64,000 nucleotides of DNA from an uncultured Bacilli bacterium (GCA_934149465.1 CAKPEZ010000004.1:5463-69462), one strand, 5' to 3'; positions 43,909 through 54,101 are shown, numbered from the stretch's first letter. Numbers and translations: made by a program. The notes: generated by a model from the letters alone, not told the origin.

Positions 43909-44170
43909 AGTTATGAACAACTTATGAACAGGTTATAGACAGGATAAACCCTTATAATTAAAGAATTTATACAACTTATGAACAATTTGACATTTGAACA
44001 GGTAAAGTTATGAACAATTTGACTTATGAACACCCCTGTCGATAACTGTCTATAACTTTTCTATTCCTTATATTATAAGACTTTAAAAAATAAGTTATGA
44101 ACAATTGAACTGTCAATAACTCTATTTTTGTTTATAAGTTATGAACTTATTCCTGTTTATAAACAATGTA
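43909..44170. other. oriC part 1 (upstream of dnaA): a dense DnaA-box cluster.
   Basis: At least 13 boxes on both strands, fitting TTATNNACA. TTATGAACA alone occurs 7 times; the others are TTATAGACA, TTATCGACA, TTATTGACA and TTATAAACA. Confidence 0.75.
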
Positions 44171-44263
44171 TCAATATCATAACACGTTTTTCTTAAAATG
44201 AAACAAAAAGTTAAATAAATATTTTAAAACCATTTTTATCAAATAAAAATCCTTAAAAAAAAT

Positions 44264-44292
44264 ATTGACATAAAAGAATTTACCATATATAA
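44264..44292 (+). promoter_or_regulatory. Sigma-A promoter of rpmH.
   Basis: TTGACA-17 nt-TATAAT, about 40 nt upstream of the rpmH ATG. Confidence 0.6.
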
Positions 44293-44333
44293 TTAAATAC
44301 GTTTATTGGTTTTTGATTTGGAGGTGTTGTATA

Positions 44334-44465
44334 ATGAAGAGAACTTTTCAACCAAATAATAGAAAGAAAGCAAAAAAACATGGCTTTTTCTCTCGTACTG
44401 AAGGTAAAGTATTAAATAAAAGAAGAGCAAAAGGTCGTAAGAAACTTTGTAGTAGTAATAAATAA
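44334..44465 (+). CDS. rpmH: 50S ribosomal protein L34 (not present in the supplied ORF track).
   Basis: ATG at 44334 with a GGAGGTG RBS. The translation is [43 protein letters not shown], with the stop at 44463-44465. Confidence 0.9.
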   Translation: MKRTFQPNNRKKAKKHGFFSRTEGKVLNKRRAKGRKKLCSSNK

Positions 44466-44497
44466 ACCACAATATTATTATAGTGGTTTTTTTTGAA
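44462..44497 (+). terminator. Intrinsic terminator/attenuator between rpmH and rnpA.
   Basis: AACCAC-aatattattata-GTGGTT hairpin followed by T8. Confidence 0.55.
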
Positions 44498-44521
44498 TGT
44501 TTATATGTAAGTGAGGTACTT

Positions 44522-44851
44522 ATGAAAAAAATAGATATTATAAAAGAAGCAAAAGATTTTGATTATATTATTAATCATAGTCCTAAAAAGAGAAATAAAT
44601 ATTTTTCAATTTTTTACTTATCTAATAAAGAAAAGAATCACTATGGAATTTCTGTTCCTAAAAAGCTTGGAATAGCAGTTATTAGAAATAAAAAGAAAAG
44701 ACAGATAAAAAATATCATCGATAAAAACAAAAAGATTCTTCCAAAATACTATGATTATGTTATAATATTAAAAAAAGAGCTCTTAGAATTAACTTATTTG
44801 GAAATGGAAGAAAATTTGCTAAGTCTCTTTAAACAAATAAAGGAGAATTAA
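44522..44851 (+). CDS. rnpA: RNase P protein component.
   Basis: Basic 110 aa protein downstream of rpmH. The likely start is MKKIDII at 44522; the supplied ORF starts at 44483. Confidence 0.85.
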   Translation: MKKIDIIKEAKDFDYIINHSPKKRNKYFSIFYLSNKEKNHYGISVPKKLGIAVIRNKKKRQIKNIIDKNKKILPKYYDYVIILKKELLELTYLEMEENLLSLFKQIKEN

Positions 44852-45790
44852 ATGAAAAAGAAGAAACTACTATTAATTTTAATATGTTTAGCTTTATTAA
44901 GTGGATGTACTAAGACTTTAAAGGATAAAGATAATAAAGCTATTCGTAATGAGAAAACTGGGCAAAGTATTACTGAAAATATTTTATGTAAACCTACTGA
45001 TGAGTATTCTATTAAAATATATGAAGAAAATGATATTGATATAGAAAAGCTTCCAGTATGTACTAACATGAAAATAAATGAAGGTACTAATGAAGGATTA
45101 TGGACTAGTATCTTTGTAAAGCCATTAGCGTGGTTAATAATCAAAATAGGAATGATATTAAAAAATTATGGTTTAGCTATTATAATATCTACTTTATTAA
45201 TTAGAATAGCAGTATTCCCTATTACTAAAAAAACTGCTATGCAATCAGAAAATATGAAATTAGCTCAGCCAGAATTAGAAGCATTAGAAAGAAGATATGC
45301 TGATAAAACTTCACAAGAAGATCAGATGCGAAAATCTCAAGAAATGCTTATGTTATATCAAAAATATAAAATTAATCCTATTTCAGGATGTTTATTAGCG
45401 TTTATTCAATTGCCTCTTTTCTTCGCTTACTTAGAAGCTATAAACAGAGTACCTGCTATATTTGAAAGTGAAATTTTAAAATTCAATAAATATTTTACTC
45501 TTAATATGGGAATGACCCCTATTATGGGAGTAAGTAGTGGTCACTACATTTATATTCTTTTAGTAGTATTAATTATCGTAACTACTTATTTCTCTTTCAA
45601 GAAAACTTTATCAGATCAAAGTGGTCCACAAGCTAAACAAATGAAATATACAATATATATTATGTTAATCTTTATTTCTTTTAGTGCTTTATATTTACCT
45701 ACTGCACTAGGATTATACTGGATAACTTCAAGTTTATGCACTATTCTACAAAATAAATTGGTAGAAAAAAGAAAGAAGGCAGTTAAATGA
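44852..45790 (+). CDS. yidC: Membrane protein insertase YidC/Oxa1 (lipoprotein form).
   Basis: Lipobox LLSGC followed by the 60-kDa-IMP conserved core. Confidence 0.9.
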   Translation: MKKKKLLLILICLALLSGCTKTLKDKDNKAIRNEKTGQSITENILCKPTDEYSIKIYEENDIDIEKLPVCTNMKINEGTNEGLWTSIFVKPLAWLIIKIGMILKNYGLAIIISTLLIRIAVFPITKKTAMQSENMKLAQPELEALERRYADKTSQEDQMRKSQEMLMLYQKYKINPISGCLLAFIQLPLFFAYLEAINRVPAIFESEILKFNKYFTLNMGMTPIMGVSSGHYIYILLVVLIIVTTYFSFKKTLSDQSGPQAKQMKYTIYIMLIFISFSALYLPTALGLYWITSSLCTILQNKLVEKRKKAVK

Positions 45791-46395
45791 TAGAATTCAA
45801 AAAATATGAAGCTAAAACATTAAATGAGGCAACCTCTAAAGCTATACTTGATTTATCAGTACCAGAAGAAGATTTAATTATTAAAATACTAGAAGAAAAA
45901 GGTGGCTTATTTAAAAAATGTATAATAGAAGTCACTACAGTTAATAATGTTATTAATCATTTAAAAGATACAATAACTGAAATAACTAAATTAATGAATA
46001 TCGAAGTTAATTTAGAAGTAAGACGTAGAGAAAATACCATTAATATAAAATTATTTTCTGATAATAATGCTATATTAATTGGTAAGAATGGTCGTACAAT
46101 CTCAGCATTGCAATTATTATTAAAGCAAATGTTATATAACGAAATTGGTGATAAAGTTAAGATTTTGCTAGATGTTGAAAACTACAAAGAAAAAAGAGTT
46201 AAAAATTTAACATATCTTGCAAAGAAAGTTGCTAAAGAAGTAGCCGATACTAAAATAGAAGTTCAATTAGAGAGAATGAATTCTTATGAAAGAAGAATTA
46301 TTCATGAAGCTTTAGCAGATAATAAATATGTTTATACAGAATCTTTTGGAGAAGAACCAGAACGTTATGTAGTTGTAAAGCCTAGGGAAGATTAA
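45787..46395 (+). CDS. khpB: RNA-binding protein Jag/KhpB (KH plus R3H domains).
   Basis: 202 aa with a C-terminal R3H motif, located downstream of yidC. Confidence 0.8.
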   Translation: MIEFKKYEAKTLNEATSKAILDLSVPEEDLIIKILEEKGGLFKKCIIEVTTVNNVINHLKDTITEITKLMNIEVNLEVRRRENTINIKLFSDNNAILIGKNGRTISALQLLLKQMLYNEIGDKVKILLDVENYKEKRVKNLTYLAKKVAKEVADTKIEVQLERMNSYERRIIHEALADNKYVYTESFGEEPERYVVVKPRED

Positions 46396-46446
46396 TCTTC
46401 CCTTTTTCTTATTATGTGTGTTAAAATAAAGATAGGAAGTGAAGAT

Positions 46447-47793
46447 ATGAATGATACTATAGTAGGAATTTCTACAGCACTTGGTGTTGGAGCAATTTCC
46501 ATTATTCGTTTAAGCGGAGAAGATTCAATAAAAATAGTTAATCAAATTTTTAAAGGAAAAGACCTTACTAAAGTTCAAACTCATACTATTAATTATGGAC
46601 ATATTATAGAAAATAAGGAAATAGTTGATGAAGTACTTGTTAGCGTTATGCTATCTCCAAAAACATATACTAAAGAAAATATTGTTGAAATAAATTGTCA
46701 TGGTGGGATTGCTACTACAAATAAAATAGTTGAAATATTAATCTCTAAAGGATGTAGACCAGCATCTCGAGGAGAATTTACTAAAAGAGCATTCTTAAAT
46801 GGTAGAATAGACTTAGTTGAAGCAGATGGAATAATGAATTTAATAGAAGCAGAAACAGAAAATGCTAGAAAACTATCTATTAACCAGTTAAGTGGTAGAG
46901 TATCAAAATTAATTAAAGACTTAAGAAATGACTTAATTCAAATAGTATCTCATATAGAAGTTAATATTGATTATCCAGAATATGAAGATATTGAAGAGTT
47001 AACAACTGAAAAAATAAAGCCTAGTTTACTTATATTTAATAAAAAAATATCTGATATTATTAAAAAATCAGAAATAGGAAAAGTTATTTCTAATGGAATA
47101 GATGTTGGTATAATAGGAAGACCTAACGTTGGAAAAAGTAGTATTTTAAATCAAATATTAGAAGAAGATAAAGCCATAGTAACGGATATTCCAGGTACAA
47201 CGAGAGATATAGTTGAAGGAAGAGTAAATATTGGTGGTTTAATACTTAATTTAATAGATACTGCTGGTATTAGAAAGACAGAAGACAAAGTAGAACAAAT
47301 TGGTGTTGATAAAAGTTTTTCAATAATAGAAAAAAGTTCTTTAGTATTATTAGTTTTAAATAATAATGAAAAAATGACAGAAGAAGAAAAAATGTTACTT
47401 GCAAAAATAAAAAATAAACCTTATCTTATTGTGATAAATAAAATAGATTTAGAAAATAAATTAGAAATAGATGATCCAAATAAAGTATATGTATGTGCTA
47501 AAGACGGAAGAGGCTTTGATGAGCTTTTCTCTAAAATAAAAGAAATTTTCAATGTTGAGAAAATTTCTAATCAAGACTTGAATTATTTAAGTGATGCAAA
47601 TGCTATTGCAAAATTAAAGGAAGCTAAAGAAAAAATAGATACTTCTCTTTCTCTAATAGAAGAACAAGCTCCAATTGATATGGTAGAATTAGAAGTTAAG
47701 AGTAGCTGGAATATTTTAGGCGAAATAATAGGAGCAACTTATCAAGATGAGTTCCTAGATGAATTATTTAGTCGTTTTTGCTTAGGAAAATAG
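46447..47793 (+). CDS. mnmE: tRNA modification GTPase MnmE.
   Basis: G1 motif GRPNVGKSS and the C-terminal CxGK (CLGK). The likely start is MNDTIVG at 46447. Confidence 0.95.
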   Translation: MNDTIVGISTALGVGAISIIRLSGEDSIKIVNQIFKGKDLTKVQTHTINYGHIIENKEIVDEVLVSVMLSPKTYTKENIVEINCHGGIATTNKIVEILISKGCRPASRGEFTKRAFLNGRIDLVEADGIMNLIEAETENARKLSINQLSGRVSKLIKDLRNDLIQIVSHIEVNIDYPEYEDIEELTTEKIKPSLLIFNKKISDIIKKSEIGKVISNGIDVGIIGRPNVGKSSILNQILEEDKAIVTDIPGTTRDIVEGRVNIGGLILNLIDTAGIRKTEDKVEQIGVDKSFSIIEKSSLVLLVLNNNEKMTEEEKMLLAKIKNKPYLIVINKIDLENKLEIDDPNKVYVCAKDGRGFDELFSKIKEIFNVEKISNQDLNYLSDANAIAKLKEAKEKIDTSLSLIEEQAPIDMVELEVKSSWNILGEIIGATYQDEFLDELFSRFCLGK

Positions 47794-48105
47794 ATTCCTT
47801 TTTAATATTTTTTTAGGAATATAAACTAAATGATAACTTTCATCCTCGTTTTTTATAAGACTTTTTATTAATGGATAATAAAAAGATAAATCATCTTCAT
47901 TCAAATCACTAGCATCGTAGGCAAGGTTTTCTTTTAAATCCCTTAATTGACCATTATAAACAAAGGGAATATTACTAATATAATACTTGCCTTCTTTTTT
48001 TTGAACAAATAATTTAAGATTATAGTTAGTTAATTTTTCTTTGAGATCGTTTAGTAGTAAAATATGCACTTCGTCTTTGATAATTTTTTCTTTCCTGTTA
48101 TTCAT
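47782..48105 (-). CDS. Hypothetical 107 aa protein, antisense between mnmE and mnmG.
   Basis: The ORF fills the mnmE-mnmG spacer on the opposite strand. It overlaps the mnmE stop by 12 nt and I recognise no motif. Confidence 0.3.
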   Translation of the reverse strand: MNNRKEKIIKDEVHILLLNDLKEKLTNYNLKLFVQKKEGKYYISNIPFVYNGQLRDLKENLAYDASDLNEDDLSFYYPLIKSLIKNEDESYHLVYIPKKILKRNLFS

Positions 48106-48216
48106 TTTATTATTCTCCTTTATAAAGAATATGCTTTTAAAAGTAAAAAAATTACTTTATTGAAAAATTCGTTTAAATGTCATATAATATATTTCATTAA
48201 AAAGGAAGTGTTGTCT

Positions 48217-50076
48217 ATGAATTATGAAATTATTGTTGTAGGTGGAGGACATGCTGGATGTGAAGCAGCACTTGCATCTGCTAGAAAAAATCACCAGACT
48301 CTTTTAGTTACCGGAAATATAAAAAATATAGCAGACATGCCATGTAATCCTTCAATAGGAGGAAGTGCTAAAGGAATAGTTGTTAGAGAAATAGATGCCC
48401 TTGGTGGAGAAATGGGAAGAAATGCAGATAAAGCTCTTCTTCAAATGAAGATGCTTAATTCTTCTAAAGGTCCTTCTGTACATTCATTAAGAGCACAAGC
48501 TGATAAAATAACTTATCCTAAACAAATGCTAAAAACTTTAGAAAAAACTCCTAATTTAACTAATAAAGAAGCTATAGTAGAAGATTTAATTATTGATAAT
48601 TCAAAAGTAATAGGTGTTGTTTTAGAAGATGGTACTAAAATATATAGTAATATCGTTATTTTAACTACAGGAACATACTTAAAAGCAGATATCCTAGTTG
48701 GTAATACTCGTACAAGAAGTGGTCCACATTCAGAAAAGCCTTCTAATCATTTAAGTGATAATCTTCGAAAATATGGACTTGAAGTAATAAGATTAAAAAC
48801 AGGAACTCCACCTAGAATAAAAAGAGACAGTATTGATTTTTCTAAAACTCAAAGAGAAGATGGAGATAAAGAAAAATATTCTTTTAGTTATGATGAAAAA
48901 TTTTATTATGATCCTTCAAAACAAGAACCATGTTATTTAATTTATACAACACCTGCTACTCATAAAATTATAAAAGATAATCTTCATAAGGCAAGTATGT
49001 ATGGTGGTTTAGATGATATTACTGGTATTGGTCCTAGATATTGTCCTTCTATAGAAGATAAAATCGTAAAATTTGCTGATAAAGAAAGACATCAATTATT
49101 CTTAGAACCAGAAAGCCTATATTATGATGATATATATCTTCAAGGATTTTCTACTAGTATGCCACATGATATTCAAGAGCAAATGGTTCATAGTTTACCA
49201 GGATTAGAAAACGCAGTTATATTAAAATACGCATATGCAATAGAATATGATGCAATCTCACCTACTCAGTTAAAATCTTCATTAGAAACCAAGGTTATTG
49301 AAAATTTATTTACTGCAGGTCAAATAAATGGTACTAGTGGTTATGAAGAAGCAGCATGTCAAGGCTTAATAGCAGGTATTAATGCTTCATTAAAATTAGA
49401 GAATAAAGAACCTCTTATTTTAAGAAGAGATGAAGCGTATATTGGAGTATTGATTGATGATTTAATAACTAAAGGAACTAGAGAACCTTATCGTCTTTTA
49501 ACCTCAAGAGCAGAGTATCGTTTATTACTAAGACATGATAACGCTGATACTAGATTAAGAGAATATGGTTATAAAGTAGGACTTATATCTGAAGAAAAGT
49601 ATCAAAAATTTAAAAATAAAGAAGCTCAAATTCAACAATTAAAAGATGAATTATTAATAAAAAAAGTAACTCCTAAAGATAATATAGATTTTTTAAATAC
49701 AATTCCTTTAAAAGATGGAATTACTTTATATGAATTACTAAAACGTCCAGAAGTAACTTTAAAATCTTTAATAAATAATAAATTAATTGATATAGATGCT
49801 TCATCTTCTGTAATTGAACAAACAGAAATAGATATAAAATATGAAGGATATATAAAAAAGACTCAAAAAGAAGCTAATAAGATTCTAAAAAACGACGAAA
49901 AATTGCTTCCTTTAGATATAGACTATAATAAAGTACCTAATCTAGCAACAGAAGCAAGACAAAAATTAATTAAAGTAAGACCACGTTCAATAGGACAAGC
50001 ATTAAGAATAAGTGGAGTAAACCCAAGTGATATTTCTATATTACTTGTATATTTAAGGAAGTATTATAATGAATAA
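48217..50076 (+). CDS. mnmG: tRNA uridine 5-carboxymethylaminomethyl modification enzyme MnmG.
   Basis: FAD-binding VVGGGHAGCEAA. The start is the ATG at 48217 with an AAAGGAAG RBS; the supplied ORF begins at 48064. Confidence 0.95.
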   Translation: MNYEIIVVGGGHAGCEAALASARKNHQTLLVTGNIKNIADMPCNPSIGGSAKGIVVREIDALGGEMGRNADKALLQMKMLNSSKGPSVHSLRAQADKITYPKQMLKTLEKTPNLTNKEAIVEDLIIDNSKVIGVVLEDGTKIYSNIVILTTGTYLKADILVGNTRTRSGPHSEKPSNHLSDNLRKYGLEVIRLKTGTPPRIKRDSIDFSKTQREDGDKEKYSFSYDEKFYYDPSKQEPCYLIYTTPATHKIIKDNLHKASMYGGLDDITGIGPRYCPSIEDKIVKFADKERHQLFLEPESLYYDDIYLQGFSTSMPHDIQEQMVHSLPGLENAVILKYAYAIEYDAISPTQLKSSLETKVIENLFTAGQINGTSGYEEAACQGLIAGINASLKLENKEPLILRRDEAYIGVLIDDLITKGTREPYRLLTSRAEYRLLLRHDNADTRLREYGYKVGLISEEKYQKFKNKEAQIQQLKDELLIKKVTPKDNIDFLNTIPLKDGITLYELLKRPEVTLKSLINNKLIDIDASSSVIEQTEIDIKYEGYIKKTQKEANKILKNDEKLLPLDIDYNKVPNLATEARQKLIKVRPRSIGQALRISGVNPSDISILLVYLRKYYNE

Positions 50077-50791
50077 AAGTGAATTTATTGCTGAAGTACA
50101 AAAACTAAATATTGTAGTTACTGATAAACAAATGCAGCAACTTGATACGTATTATAAGATGTTAGTTGAATGGAACGAAAAAATAAATCTAACTGCAATT
50201 ACTCTAGAAGAAGAAGTATACTTAAAACATTTTTATGATAGCTTATCTTTATATAAAGCATATCCTTTAAATAATCAAAAGCTTTGTGACATTGGTACTG
50301 GAGCAGGTTTTCCAGGAATAGTATTGAAAATATTTTTTCCATCATTGCAAGTAACTTTAGTTGAATCTCTACATAAAAGATGTATCTTTTGTTTAGAAGT
50401 TATTAAAAGATTATCTTTAAAAGATATTGTAGTAGTAAATGAAAGAGCTGAAATCTATAGTAGGAATAACCGAGAAAAATTTGATATAGTAACATCAAGA
50501 GCGGTTGCTAATATAAAAATACTATTTGAATATTCTGTTCCTTTATTAAAGGTAAATGGTTATTTTTTACCAATGAAAGCATCTTGTTTAGAACTAGAAG
50601 GTTTAGATAGCTATTTAAAGAGATTCTCAATAAAAAGCTTATCTCCAATAAAGTTTTATCTTCCTAAAGAAAATAGCGAAAGAACTATTGGAGTATATCA
50701 AAAATTAGCGGCTACTCACAAGAAATATCCAAGACCATATAGCCAAATAAAGAAGGAAATAAATATTAAAAAAAATATTTCCCAAGATTAA
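50069..50791 (+). CDS. rsmG: 16S rRNA m7G527 methyltransferase RsmG.
   Basis: DIGTGAGFPG SAM motif. It overlaps mnmG. Confidence 0.9.
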   Translation: MNKSEFIAEVQKLNIVVTDKQMQQLDTYYKMLVEWNEKINLTAITLEEEVYLKHFYDSLSLYKAYPLNNQKLCDIGTGAGFPGIVLKIFFPSLQVTLVESLHKRCIFCLEVIKRLSLKDIVVVNERAEIYSRNNREKFDIVTSRAVANIKILFEYSVPLLKVNGYFLPMKASCLELEGLDSYLKRFSIKSLSPIKFYLPKENSERTIGVYQKLAATHKKYPRPYSQIKKEINIKKNISQD

Positions 50792-50871
50792 AATATTTCC
50801 TGGGAAATACTATTGTCATTTTAAAAAAAATATAGTATTATAGAAATAACTAAGAAAAGAGGGATAATAAT

Positions 50872-52140
50872 ATGAATATTGGAAAAGAAATTTACCAAAT
50901 AAAATTAGCTGATATTATACCAAATCGTTTTCAACCAAGAATTAATTTTGATGAAAAATCAATAAATGAATTAGCAGATTCTATTAAACAACATGGGTTA
51001 ATTCAACCATTAGTATTAAGAAAAGTTCAAGATAAATATGAAATAATAGCTGGAGAAAGAAGATATAAAGCAGCTCAACTACTTGGATTGCAAGTAGTTC
51101 CTGCTATTGTAGTAAATTTAGATGATGCTTCCAGTGCAGAGATTGCAGTAGTCGAAAATATTCAAAGAACAGCACTTACTCCTATTGAAGAAGCGAAAGC
51201 TTATCAAAAATTATTAGAAGTTGGCTCTCTTACTCAAGGACAACTAGCATCAAGAATGGGAAAAACTCAGCCAACAGTTGCCAATAAGCTCCGTCTTTTA
51301 AACTTAGATCAAGCAGTGCAAGATGCTCTTTTGAATAATCAAATTTCAGAACGCCATGCTAGAAGTTTATTAACAGTAAAAGATCCTGTATTACAAAGAC
51401 AAATACTAAATGACATAATAACTCAAAGATTAACAGTAAGGCAAACAGATGATTTAATAAAATCTTATCTAAATCCAGATTCTCAAGTATCTAGTAATGT
51501 TATTTCTAATGAACAATCTAATGAACAATCTAATCTAGAAGTAAATAGAAATACAGTTAATTTAGATAATTTAAATATCGACTCTCCTACTATTAATGAT
51601 GATCCTTATGGAAAAACTCAAATATTGGATATAAATAAGTTAAGAGAAGATACTAATGACGTTCGTCCGGTAGAACCTACAGCAGATATAGATGCTTTAT
51701 TAAAGACAGAAACTTCTAATAATACAATGAGTTTAAATAATGAAGTAAAAGAATCAAACGTAAATGATAAATTCTTCCCTTCTTTAGAAGATTTAGAAAC
51801 TAATATGAATACCAATATAGATGTATCTAATACTGAAAACAAATATAATAACTTCTTAGATGATACTATAGATGAAAGTGATAATAATACGTTGCAAAAA
51901 AATGAAACAACAGAAAGACCTACTACTTTTGCAAATCCTTTTGATAATTTCTATACTAATTTAGAAGAAGATAAAAAAGATCCTGAATTAGTAAATGTAG
52001 AAATAACACCTCGTATCAAGAATGCTATTAATATGACCCGTGATTTTGTTGAACGCTTAGAAGGCATGGGAATTCATGTAGAACTTGAAGAAATAAATTT
52101 ATTAAAAGACTATCAATTTATTATTAAGATTACTAAATAG
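50872..52140 (+). CDS. ParB/Noc-family partition or nucleoid-occlusion protein with a long low-complexity linker.
   Basis: ParB box (GERRYKAAQLLGL) and an HTH region. The remaining ~200 aa are an N/T/D/E-rich disordered stretch before the C-terminal dimerisation region. Confidence 0.75.
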   Translation: MNIGKEIYQIKLADIIPNRFQPRINFDEKSINELADSIKQHGLIQPLVLRKVQDKYEIIAGERRYKAAQLLGLQVVPAIVVNLDDASSAEIAVVENIQRTALTPIEEAKAYQKLLEVGSLTQGQLASRMGKTQPTVANKLRLLNLDQAVQDALLNNQISERHARSLLTVKDPVLQRQILNDIITQRLTVRQTDDLIKSYLNPDSQVSSNVISNEQSNEQSNLEVNRNTVNLDNLNIDSPTINDDPYGKTQILDINKLREDTNDVRPVEPTADIDALLKTETSNNTMSLNNEVKESNVNDKFFPSLEDLETNMNTNIDVSNTENKYNNFLDDTIDESDNNTLQKNETTERPTTFANPFDNFYTNLEEDKKDPELVNVEITPRIKNAINMTRDFVERLEGMGIHVELEEINLLKDYQFIIKITK

Positions 52141-52166
52141 AAAGTTTAATCGCTTTCTTTTTTTTC
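52139..52166. terminator. Weak bidirectional terminator between parB and the PBP gene.
   Basis: GAAAG-tttaatcg-CTTTC followed by T9; the stem is short. Confidence 0.35.
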
Positions 52167-54101
52167 AGACTTAAAAACACTATCTAAGTCAATATTAGTA
52201 TAGTATGGTTCGGTTCCTTTAATAAAATAGAAAATTTTTTTCTTTTTATCAGTTTCTTCAGCTAATTTACCATTTAGAGGATTAACTAATACTCCAACTA
52301 CATTATTTGGCATTTGATACCATTCACAGGTCTTATCTTTTAAATATGTTTCTGTTGCATCTAACCATATATCTTTTTGATAATAATCACTTTTGCTAAT
52401 AGCTTTATTATCATCATACCCAAGCCAAACACTAGTAAGTATTTCTTTATTATAACCAATAATCCATAAATCAGTTGCAGTAGTTCCGGATTTAATAGAA
52501 TATTTTTTTGTCATCTGTGGTAGCATACTAATTACTGTGGGATAATTATAATCTATGTATGCAGTATCATAAGTACTAGTTAAAAGTTCATTTAAAATAA
52601 AAGTAAGACTGCGGTTTAAAAGAACTTCTTTATTATTATGGTATTCATATAAAACGTTTCCTTTTGAATCTTCAATTTTTCTAATAAAGTGCCCTTCCGT
52701 TTTATAGCCTTCACTAGCAAATGTTGCATAGGCCGAAGTTAATTCTAACATATTAAATTCACTACTTCCAAGAGCAAGAGAAGGGACAGCTTCTAATTTT
52801 GTAGTAATTCCTACTCTTCTTAACATATCAACAAGTACTTCTTCTCCTAAAAACAAATGTGTTTTTACAGCGTATATATTATCAGAATAAGCGATTGCCG
52901 TGCCCATTGAAATAGGAGCATCTGGATAACGATCGTTATAATTCTTAGGTGAATATGTTTGATTGCCAGAAAAAGTAAAAATTGTCTTTTCACTAGTAAA
53001 ACTACTAGCAGCAGTAAAGCCATTTTCTAAAGCTGCGTAATAAAGAAATGGCTTTACCGTAGAACCTATTTGTCTTAATGAATTAATTGCCCTATTAAAC
53101 TGACTTTTATAATAATCAGTACCACCAATTAAAGCAAGTATTTCGCCATTTTTGGGATCCATCATAATACCAGCAGCTTGTAAAGTAGTATCACTAGGAA
53201 TATTCATTTTTACAGCATTATCTAAACATTCTTGAGCATATTTATCTAAAGTAGTATATATTTTTAATCCCCCAGTTTTTATCAAAGAATTGGGAATAGA
53301 ATCTATTTTATATAACTCATCTATAACAGCATCTTGATAATATAATAAAGAAGTTATACTTTCTTTTGAAGATTTTCCTACATAAGAAAGTTTTTCATTT
53401 AAGGCATTACTATATTCTTCTTTAGTAATTATCTTATTTTCTAACATTTTCCTTAAGATAAAGTGCTGCCTTTCATTGGCTTTTTCTTCGTTAATTAAAG
53501 GAGAATATTTAGATGGTGATTTAGGAATTCCTACTAACATAGCACTTTCTGCAATAGTAAGTTCACTACTACTTTTATTAAAATAATAATTAGAAGCATT
53601 TTCAATGCCAAAAACTCCTCCATAATTTATTGTATTTAAATATCCTTCTAGAATTTCATCCTTACTATAATGAACTTCTAATTCAATTGCTAAAAGAGCT
53701 TCTTCAATCTTGCGATTCCAAGTTTTACTAAAATCTAGAAACAAATTTCTAGCATACTGCTGAGTAATAGTAGAAGCCCCCTGAACTTTTCCACCTTTAG
53801 TAATATTTATTCCCATAGCTTTTATAATTCTAAGATAATCAAAGCCAAAGTGATGATAAAAATTTTTATCTTCTACTGCAATTGTTGTTTTTAAAACGTA
53901 GGGAGAAATTTTATTCAAGCTTACCCAATCTTTTTCATTAAATACTAAGTCATTTTTGTTATCATATAAATAATACATATTTGCTTTAGTTATTTCCATT
54001 TTAGGAGTAATAAAAGAATAGATATATAATGAAAAATTACCAATAAAGATTAAAGTAATTCCAATTAATAAAATTTTTGCAATTTTTCTTAATTTTTTCA
54101 T
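52146..54101 (-). CDS. Bifunctional class A penicillin-binding protein (transglycosylase plus transpeptidase).
   Basis: N-terminal TM helix, a GT51 motif (ED.NFY.H.G.D), and an SxxK/SxN transpeptidase region. Confidence 0.85.
   Translation of the reverse strand: MKKLRKIAKILLIGITLIFIGNFSLYIYSFITPKMEITKANMYYLYDNKNDLVFNEKDWVSLNKISPYVLKTTIAVEDKNFYHHFGFDYLRIIKAMGINITKGGKVQGASTITQQYARNLFLDFSKTWNRKIEEALLAIELEVHYSKDEILEGYLNTINYGGVFGIENASNYYFNKSSSELTIAESAMLVGIPKSPSKYSPLINEEKANERQHFILRKMLENKIITKEEYSNALNEKLSYVGKSSKESITSLLYYQDAVIDELYKIDSIPNSLIKTGGLKIYTTLDKYAQECLDNAVKMNIPSDTTLQAAGIMMDPKNGEILALIGGTDYYKSQFNRAINSLRQIGSTVKPFLYYAALENGFTAASSFTSEKTIFTFSGNQTYSPKNYNDRYPDAPISMGTAIAYSDNIYAVKTHLFLGEEVLVDMLRRVGITTKLEAVPSLALGSSEFNMLELTSAYATFASEGYKTEGHFIRKIEDSKGNVLYEYHNNKEVLLNRSLTFILNELLTSTYDTAYIDYNYPTVISMLPQMTKKYSIKSGTTATDLWIIGYNKEILTSVWLGYDDNKAISKSDYYQKDIWLDATETYLKDKTCEWYQMPNNVVGVLVNPLNGKLAEETDKKKKIFYFIKGTEPYYTNIDLDSVFKSEKKESD

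Noticed and set aside
50792-50871. Hairpin ATTTCCCA..TGGGAAAT after rsmG as a strong terminator.
   Set aside because: The first arm lies inside the rsmG coding sequence, the loop is long and the trailing T-run is weak. It may act as an attenuator but is not convincing enough to list.
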